Shown here: in pieces, positions 47,137-56,898 of the stretch
Layout: each line of letters starts with the position of its first letter
How positions within the stretch are numbered: position 1 is the first letter of the stretch
Assembly: GCA_951812955.1 (NCBI GenBank)
Contig: OX638340.1
Coordinates: forward strand, 1,024,001 to 1,088,000
Direction: 5' to 3'
From: an uncultured Gemmatimonadota bacterium
GTDB taxonomy: Bacteria; JAAXHH01
Length of the DNA: 64,000 bases
Notes under the pieces: model-generated
What the model was told of the DNA's origin: nothing
Seen by the model: only the letters and a program-made list of their open reading frames with translations
Database searches by the model: none
Position numbers and translations under genes: made by a program

Positions 47137-47174
47137 ATCAGTAGGCCTGGGCGTAATCAGTAGGCCTGGGCGTA
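47137..47174. repeat. perfect 19-bp tandem duplication (ATCAGTAGGCCTGGGCGTA x2) covering the proS stop codon
   Basis: Copies at 47137-47155 and 47156-47174 are identical. The second copy contains the proS stop and its last five codons (YAQAY*). The first copy is a noncoding duplicate. Confidence 0.95.
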
Positions 47175-48584
47175 GGCGACCATGCGCTCCGAAGGACCAC
47201 CGCAATACGCGCAGGCACCCGTAACGGCATCCCAGTGCATGGGGACGCACCGGATCGTGTTCCGGGTCTCCTCTTTAATCGCGGCTTCGCAAGCCGGATC
47301 GCCGCACCAGTGGGCATGGATGAATCCGCCGTCGCCGTTCGCGGCTGTCACAAATGAATCGCGTTCCTGGATCTCCTGGGAACGTGATTCGCGGAAAGTC
47401 AGGGCGCGCTGGAACATGTCCCGCTGCACCGTCTGCAGCAAGTCTCCGACCCGGCCTCCCAGAGACTCGAGGGGTACAAACTCCTTCTCGCCCGTGTCCC
47501 TGCGTACGACTACGGCCTGGCCGGACGCGATATCACGCGGACCGAGTTCCACGCGCAGCGGAACGCCCTTCGTTTCCCACTCGGTGAACTTCCAGCCCAG
47601 GCCGAACTGCTCGCGGTCGTCGACCTTCACCCGCACGCCTTCCAGCGTTTCGAGCAGCCGGTCGACGGCTTCCCGGACGACGGCCTGCTCCTCGTCGGAT
47701 TTCGCGATGGGAATGACCACGACCTGGTGAGGCGCCAGGCGGGGCGGCAGCACCAGCCCCCTGTCGTCGCCATGGGCCATGATGATCGCGCCGACGGTCC
47801 GGGTGCTCATCCCCCAACTCGTCTGGTACACGTACTCTCGCGAACCGTCCCGCGTCTGAAAATCGATATTGAAGGCGCGGGAGAAGTTCTGCCCCAGGTT
47901 GTGCGACGTGCCCATCTGAAGGGCCTTGCCATCCTTCATCATGCCTTCGATGGCGTAGGTCTGCAGCGCGCCTGGGAATTTCTCGGCGTCTGTTTTCGGA
48001 CCGTATAGCACCGGAATCGCCATGTAGTCTTCGGCGAAGGTGCGGTATATGTCCAGGATGCGCAGGGTTTCCTCTTCTGCCTCTTCCGCCGTGGCGTGTG
48101 CCGTGTGTCCTTCCTGCCAGAGGAATTCCGTCGTGCGCAGGAAGGCCCTGGGACGGAGTTCCCACCGGAAGACGTTGGCCCACTGGTTGATGAGCAGGGG
48201 CAGGTCGCGATAGGACTGGATCCACCTGGCGTACATGTCCGCTATGATGGTCTCTGAAGTCGGGCGGACCATGAGGTTTTCTTCGAGCTTCTTGCCCCCG
48301 CCGTGCGTAACCACGGCGCATTCGGGAGAAAACCCCTCCACGTGTTCGGCTTCTTTCTGGAAGAAACTGTCGGGGATCAACAGAGGGAAATAGGCGTTCA
48401 CGTGACCGGTGTCCTTGAACATCCGGTCCAGTTCCGCCACCATGTTTTCCCAAAGTGCGAATCCGTATGGCCGGATGACCATGCAGCCGCGGGTCGGCGC
48501 GTTGTCGGCCAGTTCGGCTTTCGCGATCACTTCATTGTACCAGGCTGAGAAATCGTCCGCCTGCGCGGTCAACTTTTTTGCCAT
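47157..48584 (-). CDS. proS: proline--tRNA ligase (archaeal/eukaryote-like type with C-terminal Zn-binding domain)
   Basis: 475 aa. It has the N-terminal ...FSAWYNEVIAKAELADNAPTRGCMVIRPYG..., class II motifs, a C-terminal Cys cluster and a terminal Tyr. Confidence 0.9.
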   Translation of the reverse strand: MAKKLTAQADDFSAWYNEVIAKAELADNAPTRGCMVIRPYGFALWENMVAELDRMFKDTGHVNAYFPLLIPDSFFQKEAEHVEGFSPECAVVTHGGGKKLEENLMVRPTSETIIADMYARWIQSYRDLPLLINQWANVFRWELRPRAFLRTTEFLWQEGHTAHATAEEAEEETLRILDIYRTFAEDYMAIPVLYGPKTDAEKFPGALQTYAIEGMMKDGKALQMGTSHNLGQNFSRAFNIDFQTRDGSREYVYQTSWGMSTRTVGAIIMAHGDDRGLVLPPRLAPHQVVVIPIAKSDEEQAVVREAVDRLLETLEGVRVKVDDREQFGLGWKFTEWETKGVPLRVELGPRDIASGQAVVVRRDTGEKEFVPLESLGGRVGDLLQTVQRDMFQRALTFRESRSQEIQERDSFVTAANGDGGFIHAHWCGDPACEAAIKEETRNTIRCVPMHWDAVTGACAYCGGPSERMVAYAQAY

Positions 48585-48692
48585 TTTTCCGCTCCGGTAT
48601 CCTTGAGCTGTCTTACGTTACACGCTGTAACCCGCACCGCGCCGCACCACCACCTATAACCCGGTTCGTCACGATCCGCCGGGACGGCAAGT

Positions 48693-49103
48693 CTACCCCG
48701 ATTCCACCTTTTCGTCCGAGGTCATCGCGAGATAGAACCGCCCGATCTCCACTTCGAAATTCCGGCCGTCCGCATCCTGCATTTCATATTCGCCTTCCAT
48801 GGTGCCCCACTCCGTGTCCAGGGGGCAAAGGCTCTGGTATTCGTGGCTTTCCCCCGGTTCGAACTCGGGCTGCAACCCCACAACGCCCGGGCCTCTGATT
48901 TCGCTGCGTTTTCCGTCGGCATTGATGATGACCCAGTGACGGTTGATCAGTTTCACCCACTGCTCGCTGCCATTGGTGATGACGATACGGTACGCGAACA
49001 CATACTGGTCCCGCCCGGGATCGGAATGGTCGGGAAGGTAGCCAGGATAAACCTGGACACGTATACCATGGGTGATCGTGTCGGAATCCAGTGGTGTCGC
49101 CAT
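48693..49103 (-). CDS. apaG: ApaG (DUF525) protein
   Basis: ...ITHGIRVQVYPGYLPDHSDP...YVFAYRIVITN...RHWVIINADG...GPGVVG.QP... is the ApaG signature pattern. The start is taken at MATPLDS; the ORF extends to 49145. Confidence 0.8.
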   Translation of the reverse strand: MATPLDSDTITHGIRVQVYPGYLPDHSDPGRDQYVFAYRIVITNGSEQWVKLINRHWVIINADGKRSEIRGPGVVGLQPEFEPGESHEYQSLCPLDTEWGTMEGEYEMQDADGRNFEVEIGRFYLAMTSDEKVESG

Positions 49104-49228
49104 CGAACCGCTCCGCGGAAATGACCTTGAAAATCGAAGATGCATAAGATAAATACCGGGGGATGAAACGACAAATAAAATCCGACTCGGAAATCGATCC
49201 CGGCTTCAGAGGCCGTGCCAAAAACACC

Positions 49229-49257
49229 TTGACACTACAGGGTCGTATCTCTATTCT
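49229..49257 (+). promoter_or_regulatory. candidate sigma70-type promoter for gltA (TTGACA-17 nt-TATTCT)
   Basis: TTGACA at 49229-49234 and TATTCT at 49252-49257, about 40 nt upstream of the ATG at 49298, which is preceded by GGGGAAG. Confidence 0.4.
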
Positions 49258-49297
49258 GTCCACGGCATAAAACAGTATCACGCGGGGAAGAATCGGA

Positions 49298-50419
49298 ATG
49301 GTCAATCAAGGCCTGGAAGGCGTCGTAGCCGCACAGTCGGCCATCTGTTTTATCGATGGCCAGCAGGGCAGAATGCTCTACCGGGGCCACGACATTCACG
49401 ACCTGGCCACCCATTCGAGTTTCGAGGAAACCGCCTACCTGCTGTGGCACGGCATCCTGCCCGGTCCAGGCCGGTTGGCGGAACTCGAAGAGCAGCTTCT
49501 AACCGGTAGAACCCTGCCTTTCGAAGTCATGGAACTGCTGCGGGCGATTCCGCGGGACACGGCGCCCATGGACGTGCTCCGTTCCGCGGTCTCGTTCCTT
49601 GCCGCGTACGACCCGGACGTGGCGAACCATTCCCGCGAAGCGAACCTGCGCAAAGCCGTCCGCCTGACCGCCCAACTCGCATCCATAACCACGGCCTGGC
49701 ACCGGATCTCGAACGACGAACCTCCTGTGGATCCGAATCCCGGTCTCGGCCACGCGGCGAATTTCCTTTACATGCTGAGCGGTGCGGAACCGGAACCCGA
49801 GCATGCGAGGGCCTTTGACGTCGCCATGATACTGCACGCCGACCATGAGTTGAACGCGTCCACCTTCTCCGCCCGGGTAACCGCGGCCACGCTTTCGGAC
49901 ATGCATTCTGCGGTCACGTCGGCCATCGGCACGCTCAAGGGCCCACTGCACGGAGGCGCCAACAAGGACGTGATGGATATGCTTTACGAGATCCGGGAGA
50001 TCTCCCGTGCCGAGGATTACGTCAGAGAGAAACTGGCCGCGAGAGAAAAAATCCCCGGTTTCGGTCACCGTGTCTACAAGACGGAAGATCCCCGGGCGAC
50101 GCACCTGCGACGACTTTCCAAGGACCTGGGCAGGAGTGCGGGCGACCTGAAGTGGTTTGAAATGTCCCGTGTGATCGAGAAAACGATGATGGAAGTGAAG
50201 GGCATTGCCTGCAACGTGGACTTCTATTCCGGTTCGGTATACACCACCATGGGCATTCCGGCTCGGTTGTTCACGCCCGTTTTCGCCTGCGGCCGCATCA
50301 CCGGTTGGACCGCCCATCTCCTCGAACAGTACGCCGATAACCGGATCATCCGTCCCGTGGGAGAGTACACGGGGCCGACCGAAGCCCGGTATATACCCAT
50401 GGATGGGCGCCCCGCCTGA
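49298..50419 (+). CDS. gltA: citrate synthase (small type; citrate/2-methylcitrate synthase family)
   Basis: 373 aa with the N-terminal GLEGVVA...S.I..IDG and the catalytic GFGHRVYKTEDPRA motif. Confidence 0.9.
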   Translation: MVNQGLEGVVAAQSAICFIDGQQGRMLYRGHDIHDLATHSSFEETAYLLWHGILPGPGRLAELEEQLLTGRTLPFEVMELLRAIPRDTAPMDVLRSAVSFLAAYDPDVANHSREANLRKAVRLTAQLASITTAWHRISNDEPPVDPNPGLGHAANFLYMLSGAEPEPEHARAFDVAMILHADHELNASTFSARVTAATLSDMHSAVTSAIGTLKGPLHGGANKDVMDMLYEIREISRAEDYVREKLAAREKIPGFGHRVYKTEDPRATHLRRLSKDLGRSAGDLKWFEMSRVIEKTMMEVKGIACNVDFYSGSVYTTMGIPARLFTPVFACGRITGWTAHLLEQYADNRIIRPVGEYTGPTEARYIPMDGRPA

Positions 50420-50450
50420 GAAGCGGAACGCCCGATCGGTGACATGTCAT

Positions 50451-51038
50451 ATGATACAGGCTTTCCGCGCGCTGGTCTTCGCGACAACCGTCAGTGTATT
50501 TGCATTGCCGGCGTCCGGCCAGTTCAATTTCAACCTGGGCGGCGAAATAGCCCGCCCCACGTCGGGTCTTGCCAAACTGGTCGAAGAAGACTATGGTTAC
50601 GGCGCCCATGCCGCCCTGACTTACTGGTTGAGTTATCGAGTCCAGTTCGTCTGCTCGGGCGGCTACATCACATACGGTAGCGAAGCGTTCGCCTCCCGCA
50701 CCGAAGTGGAGGACCTGGTAGACCGGAATCTGGACGAAATAGTCGACCGGATCGAAGGCAATTACTCCAGCATACCGGTGACCACCGGGCTGCGATTCTA
50801 CCCTCTGGAACGACTCTTCGTGCAGGGCTCTGCCGGCGTGGTGTACAAGAGAACGCGGCAGAAAGGCGACGCAGCCACGAATTCGGAAGAGGGCTTCGTC
50901 ACTGAAAGAGAACTCATCGTGTCGCCGGGGGTCGGGCTGCTGATCGGCCGTTTCAGCCTGCAGGCGCAGTACAACGTGTCCAAGGACGACTGGAAGTGGT
51001 TGAGCCTGGGGGTGTCGATGATCTTCGGGAAGCTGTAA
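50451..51038 (+). CDS. small outer-membrane beta-barrel protein
   Basis: Has the signal peptide MIQAFRALVFATTVSVFALPASG and a beta-strand-style sequence. The start is taken at the ATG at 50451; the upstream part of the computed ORF overlaps gltA. Confidence 0.5.
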   Translation: MIQAFRALVFATTVSVFALPASGQFNFNLGGEIARPTSGLAKLVEEDYGYGAHAALTYWLSYRVQFVCSGGYITYGSEAFASRTEVEDLVDRNLDEIVDRIEGNYSSIPVTTGLRFYPLERLFVQGSAGVVYKRTRQKGDAATNSEEGFVTERELIVSPGVGLLIGRFSLQAQYNVSKDDWKWLSLGVSMIFGKL

Positions 51039-51146
51039 GGCTTCTGCTGTAAAATGCTTTCAGAATGTCGTCCTTGGAAGAAAACTCTAAACTACGCATT
51101 TGCAGACATCCGATTTTAACAGGCCCCTCCATTTACGGTAATTGCT

Positions 51147-54103
51147 ATGCCAGTCAATAGCGAGCCATCCTTCAACGAAGCACTGGCACGTGTCCTCCGG
51201 TCGAAGAATCCTCGCTGGCGGGACACGCTTGCCGCAGAACAACACCAAACGCTAAAGGGTGGCGGTAGACCTGACGTAATACTGCGGAATCCGCGCGGTT
51301 CGGTGGTTGTCGTCGAGACCGAGTACGTTCCAGCCCGTACGGTTGAGACGGAAGCCAATGATCGCATCGGTCGAGAACTCAGTGATTCAGGCGTGGCTAT
51401 TGAGCAGTGTGTCGCCGTCCGAGTACCTGATTACTTAAAAACGGTCCCTCAGCACGATCTCGACACCCGTACGGCGGTGGCGACCTACGAATTCTGCCTC
51501 TTCAGCGAAACGGACAATGCCGAGGATCCTTTGCGCTGGCCTGCGGATGGTTGGATCACAGGCGCGATCAACGATCTCGCGCTCCTGATCGAAACCGCGT
51601 CGATTTCAGAACGGATCGTCGCCCAAAGCCTGGACATTCTGGAAGATGGGATAAGCGAAACTGCCGTCCAGTTGCGCGAAGCCACTAAGGACAGACCAAA
51701 CGTAAGTTCCCGCATTGCGAAAACGCTCCTGCAAGAAGACGGCGTGCAGACTTCCCGAATGGCTATGGCCATCATCGCAAATGCGCTCACTTTTCAGAGC
51801 ATGCTCGCCGGGGTCTTTCACGTAAAGACGATCGACGATCTACGCCGGAACGGAGTCATCCCAAAGTCGGCGGTCCTGCGAGAATGGAAGCGCATCCTTC
51901 GAATAAACTACTGGCCCATATTCCACATTGCGAGCGAGGTCCTCAGTCCGATTCCGGATGGCATCTCCGCTCGTTTGCTGGAAAAGTTGTCGAATGTGTC
52001 GAGCGAGTTAGAAGCACACGGCATCACCCAGTCACACGACATCTATGGGCGAATGTTCCAGCGGATGATCAGCGACAGGAAGTTCCTCGCGACGTTTTAC
52101 ACCTTGCCCACGTCGGCGACGTTGCTCGCGGAGTTGGCAGTTGAGATGATAGACGTTGAGTGGAGCGATCCTGATGAGGTGACGAAGCTTCGCACCGCAG
52201 ACTTTGCATGCGGTACGGGTACGTTGATCACGGCGCTCTATCAGGCAATGCTGGGTCGCCATCGACGTGCTGGCGGCAACGATGAGGCGATTCACAAGAG
52301 CATGATGGAGACTTCTATCTTCGCGGCCGATATCATGCCGGCGGCTACCCATCTGACCACTTCGATGTTGTCCAGTACCCATCCAACAACCCCTTTCGAG
52401 CAGACCCGTGTCCATCTCTTGCCCTACGGCCAGCAGGAGGACGACGTAGGGGCCATTACCTTCGCGCTGGGCGCGCTTGACCTGATACGAGCGCAGCACG
52501 GTACCGGACTATTCGAGAACACGGGGATCATGGTACAAAGCGGTACAGAAAGCACGCAGGACGTCATTAGAGAAGCAGGTAGATTGACGGACACATTCCT
52601 GCTTCAGCACCACTCGATGGACGTGGTTATCATGAATCCGCCCTTTACTCGCCCGACCAACCACGAAGCGACCGATGTCCCTGTACCTTCTTTTGCCGGC
52701 ATGGGAAATAATGAGGCAGAGCAGGCAGCCATGTCCCAACTTCTGAGAGATATCCGGAGGGAAATTGACGATCCCGCCGGTCACGGAAACGCCGGACTCG
52801 CGTCCAATTTCCTTGACCTCGCTGACGCCAAGATCCGTCCCGGCGGCTTGCTTGCGCTCGTGATGCCACTCAGCCTTCTTCAAGGCAACGCGTGGAAGGC
52901 AAGCCGCGACCTACTGCAGGCAAAGTATGAGAGCGCAGTGGTCGTCAGCCTAGCATCCGTAGTTCGAGACAGTGCGGTATCATTCTCGGCCGATACCGGA
53001 ATGGGAGAGGTGTTGTTGATCGCACGACGCAGAACCGTACCAGACAGTCCAGAGCACACGAAAACTGAAGAGACAGTCGATACGGTTACCTATTCGCGCT
53101 GCGAAAGCCGCCGGCATCGGGAACCGAGGCAACAGGGATCGCATCGGCGATTCGTGACGCGATCCAGCAGGGCACCTCGCGAATCGCCATTGGAAACGCC
53201 CGTTACGGTATTCTCACACGAGGTACCTGGGACGAGGGCCACTGCGCGTCAGTGATAAATGCTGAACTCGTAGATACCGTGAGAAACCTGCAAGATAGCA
53301 AACTGAAATTGCCTCGAATGGCTCAAGCGTATTCGGTTCCAACAACGATGCTGGGCGAGTTGGGAAAACGGGGCTTGGTTCACCGAGATATCAATGGGAT
53401 TGAAAGAAAATCCGTTCAAGATCAACAGGAATCAAAACGGTATTTTCGCGGTCCGTTCGATATCGTACATACGACAGACGAACCGACCTTTCCGGTTCTC
53501 TGGGGACATGCCACTGACCGCGAACGTTGCATCGTGGTTCAGCCTGACAGTGCAGGAATAATTCGCGAAGACTGTGAAGACGGCGCGCACGATGCCTGGA
53601 GAACGGCGACCAGGCTCCACTTCAGTCTCGACTTTCGCCTCAACTCACAATGCCTCGCCGCGTGCCTTACTCCAACCGAAACACTGGGAGGAAGAGCATG
53701 GCCCAATTTCCAGATGGACAGCCGTAGGAATGAGACTGTTACCGCGCTGTGGGCTAACACAACGCTGGGACTGATACTGTTCTGGTGGGCAGGTACCGTT
53801 CAGCAAGCAGGACGAGCCAACCTTACCATCAGCAGGTTGCCCGAACTGCTCACGCTGGATGCGCGTACGCTGACAGACGCGCAGCACAAGCAGGTAGATC
53901 TGATCTTCAAAGAGTTTGAGAAACGCCCACTGTTGCCAGGAAACGAGGCGTATCGGGACGCGAGCCGACAGGCGCTGGATGAGGCCGTGCTCATTGGCCT
54001 CATTGGACTGCCTGAATCAATTCTCGATCCTCTCGCGGTGCTTCGCCGGCAGTGGTGCAGTGAGCCGACCGTGCATGGTGGGAAAAGTACGCGACCCAAT
54101 TGA
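51147..54103 (+). pseudogene. MmeI-like (Type IIG/IIL) fused restriction-modification enzyme, interrupted by a 1-nt frameshift
   Basis: The N-terminus has a PD-(D/E)xK-like motif (GGRPDVIL...VVVETEY). The gamma-class N6-adenine MTase motifs are FYTLPTSATLLAEL, DFACGTGTL (motif I) and MNPPF (motif IV). The frame changes near 53069-53100. The frame of the downstream ORF is open from 53069 and reads protein-like (...YLFALRKPPASGTEATGIASAIRDAIQQG...), whereas the upstream frame turns into an Arg-rich tail. Confidence 0.7.
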
Positions 54104-54173
54104 ATAGTTTTACGATAGTACTCAAACCCCAAAATGCAGTTGGCTTCCATATAGCACCGCATTCTAATTGATC

Positions 54174-56870
54174 ATGAATTGCGATGGTAATATGAGTTCA
54201 TCTAAAATCAGACCTGCTGAAAAACCGCTCGCAATGTTTGTAAGTAGTGTGATGGATGATGACCTTCAACCATATCGAGATACAGCAGAATCCCTGATCA
54301 ATTCCAGGTTCCTCACGTCTTGGGTTTTCGAATACACCCCCGCGAGTTCTGAATCATTAGACGAGTCCTATTTACGACACGTAAGAAATGCGGATTTCGT
54401 AATATGGATAGGTGGTGAAAAAACATCGAATCCTGTGAAGCGGGAGGTAAATGAAGCAATCATTCATCAAAAACGCCTGTTGGTTTTTCTACTACCTGCT
54501 AACACTAGAAATGCTGGTACTGAGGAGATAATTGAGACTATCAGTTCAAACAAAGGTCCAAAGTGGTGTAAACTGGACGATCGAAATATCGAAACATTTG
54601 AGGAAGCACTTGACTATACGATACAGGACGAATTTGCTCGGGCGATTAGAAATGATCATAGTTGGCAACGAATCGGCACATTGGAACGACTAAACCGCGA
54701 CTCTCGAGCAAGGTCTTTGTCCAGATTCATGGCATCCGGCCTTTCACGAAATCAAGCAAATCGTATGTTTAAGAAGGTTTCCGATCTTCCTGTCTTAGCA
54801 TCGCCTGAGTTACCGAAAGAAGGCGAGGTGAGTTTACTTGTTGGGACGCTGGGATCCGGAAAGTCATTCACGGCTGAAAAAGTGTATCAGGAGGTCCTTG
54901 ATCAATCTAGATCTCCGTTGGCTCCTGTACCTTTCTACATAACTGCACGTCATGTTAGAAATGGTTTGGATTCTTACATCAAACAACTCAATCCTGAGTT
55001 AGGTGACGTCACTTCAATTGGCGCCTCCATAGTAATTGATCAAATTGACGATCTTCCCAATTCCGATTCACGCCGACTGTATGAAGAAGCGCTTGCTCTC
55101 ACGTTATCGTGGCCCAAGACGAGGGTTCTACTCGTTAGTCGTCCTCAGCCGTGGAGCCGAGACTGTGTTGCTACTACACATGTAAGGGAGATGTCGTTAG
55201 AGGAAGTTGAAACTGTGGTAGAACTCGTGTCGGATTCAATTCGTTCCCAGCTTCTTTGGATAATGCCTCATGCTTTACGTCGATCCGTTCAACGCCCTCT
55301 TTTCGCGATCCTGCTTGCCAAGTATCTCGAATCTAATGAAGATCAAGTTCCAATTTCTATGGCTAAGTTACTCGACCGGATGGTACGCGAAGCTGTCGAG
55401 AACGCTGGCACTGAAAGCAATCAGTCGATAGAAAAGATGCTGAGGTCTTTGGCTGTAAAACTGACAGACGGCCATGCCGATGTGAAACTGACGGATCTTA
55501 CTATACCAATATCCGATAGAAACAGACTCTTAAATACACATTTGGTATATGAGGAATCTGAACGTCTGGATTTTGCCTTGCCTATCTTGCGGCAATGGTT
55601 CGCATTTGATGCCATATGTCAAAAAGAAGTAGATATCGTAGAATTATCACTTGATGCGGGACGACTCGATAAGTGGGAAGATGTATTAACCACTGCAGTT
55701 GAACTCGCCACTAATCAGATTGATGACATAGTAGAACCCATTGTCGTCAATAACCCATCTGTAGCGTCAGTCATTCTCGACAGTGCATTCGGCCATCTGT
55801 GGTATAGTAGTCCTGATTCTGATCTATCTGCCGACACGTTCGGGAAACATATTCGAAGGGCAATGACGGCATTTGCCAAAGGCATAGGCCCTCTAAGTGG
55901 GCTAATTGCTCCTGTGAATGAACAAGGAGAAGTAAAACCGCTCGGTGTAGCCAAATTGAACGAAGGCTATTACAAGACGAGTTGGTATGAGGGATCATCT
56001 GACATAGAAAACGTAGTCGGGGTTTCTTCGGAAGATGATTTGGCGATTTCTGATTGGCCCCACATTTTCTCGCGAACAAGGATAGACTCACCTGCGTGGG
56101 CTTGGCTGGATGTCAAGCACCAGTTGAGGGAGCGTTTGGAAAAACTACTAAATTGTTACGGTTTTCCTATTCGAAATACCTTCTTCTTGCATGAATCAGC
56201 TTGGGAATTAGCATCCTCGGCATTGAACCGACATTCGCAGTTAGAACCCCAAGTCTCTAGTGATGAAATGAATGACGTGCTCCGATGGATCCAGAAAAGA
56301 CCTTCGACCATGCTTCGACAATTTAGTCCAGAGACCGTAGTGTTAGCAGCAACGTACCTACAAGGACTCATTGACAAAAACAGGCCACTCCGAGCACCGT
56401 GGCCTGGGCCTGATCAGGCTTTGTCTAGTAGTAAGTGGGTGTGGGAACTGTATTCTCCTGAGAGGCTTCGCAAAAGGCTTCAACGCGTCTTAAGTGCATC
56501 TTTAGAAATGTATCAGGAAATCGTATCCAAATGGTTTATCACTATGTCCAACAGATTCGAGTTATTTTCACTAAATCCAGTACGTCTTGTTGGTTACTTA
56601 TACGTGCCTGAAGGAAAAACTTCCGACTTGAGAAGTGAACCATCCGTAACGTTCTATTTTGAACCGATTCGGGGACATGTGTCGTCAAGTGTGGATATCT
56701 TTCTCGGTTCAATTCCGTTAGCAGAATTAGAGTCAACTGTACTTAAAGTCAATCCAAATGCTATCACAATATGTACGTCTATGGTTGTCAGTATTTTCGG
56801 CAGACGTCCAGCAACTGATCAGGCTTACGATTGGCTGAAAGACGGTTTACGTTCCGCCAAGTGGGACTAA
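54174..56870 (+). CDS. DUF4062-like N-terminal domain / NACHT-type STAND P-loop NTPase / uncharacterised C-terminal domain (Avs/bNACHT-like)
   Basis: The N-terminus ...LAMFVSSVMDDDLQPYRDTAESLI... follows the DUF4062 pattern. The NTPase motifs are Walker A LLVGTLGSGKSF, Walker B SIVIDQIDDL and a NACHT-like RVLLVSRPQP. About 560 aa of C-terminus have no motif I recognise. The start is ambiguous (TTG 54168, ATG 54174 or ATG 54192). Confidence 0.7.
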   Translation: MNCDGNMSSSKIRPAEKPLAMFVSSVMDDDLQPYRDTAESLINSRFLTSWVFEYTPASSESLDESYLRHVRNADFVIWIGGEKTSNPVKREVNEAIIHQKRLLVFLLPANTRNAGTEEIIETISSNKGPKWCKLDDRNIETFEEALDYTIQDEFARAIRNDHSWQRIGTLERLNRDSRARSLSRFMASGLSRNQANRMFKKVSDLPVLASPELPKEGEVSLLVGTLGSGKSFTAEKVYQEVLDQSRSPLAPVPFYITARHVRNGLDSYIKQLNPELGDVTSIGASIVIDQIDDLPNSDSRRLYEEALALTLSWPKTRVLLVSRPQPWSRDCVATTHVREMSLEEVETVVELVSDSIRSQLLWIMPHALRRSVQRPLFAILLAKYLESNEDQVPISMAKLLDRMVREAVENAGTESNQSIEKMLRSLAVKLTDGHADVKLTDLTIPISDRNRLLNTHLVYEESERLDFALPILRQWFAFDAICQKEVDIVELSLDAGRLDKWEDVLTTAVELATNQIDDIVEPIVVNNPSVASVILDSAFGHLWYSSPDSDLSADTFGKHIRRAMTAFAKGIGPLSGLIAPVNEQGEVKPLGVAKLNEGYYKTSWYEGSSDIENVVGVSSEDDLAISDWPHIFSRTRIDSPAWAWLDVKHQLRERLEKLLNCYGFPIRNTFFLHESAWELASSALNRHSQLEPQVSSDEMNDVLRWIQKRPSTMLRQFSPETVVLAATYLQGLIDKNRPLRAPWPGPDQALSSSKWVWELYSPERLRKRLQRVLSASLEMYQEIVSKWFITMSNRFELFSLNPVRLVGYLYVPEGKTSDLRSEPSVTFYFEPIRGHVSSSVDIFLGSIPLAELESTVLKVNPNAITICTSMVVSIFGRRPATDQAYDWLKDGLRSAKWD

Positions 56871-56898
56871 TTCATTCAGTTTCAGATACCTTTGATTC

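Noticed and set aside
50205-50450. Upstream extension of the small OMP ORF overlapping gltA.
   Set aside because: It overlaps the 3' end of citrate synthase in another frame. A proper signal peptide (MIQAFRALVFATTVSVFALPASG) starts at the ATG at 50451.
53040-53110. Programmed -1 ribosomal frameshift joining the two halves of the RM-like gene.
   Set aside because: No X XXY YYZ slippery heptamer or obvious downstream pseudoknot or hairpin lies in the permissible window (after the frame stop at 53066-53068). A mutational indel or sequencing error is more parsimonious.
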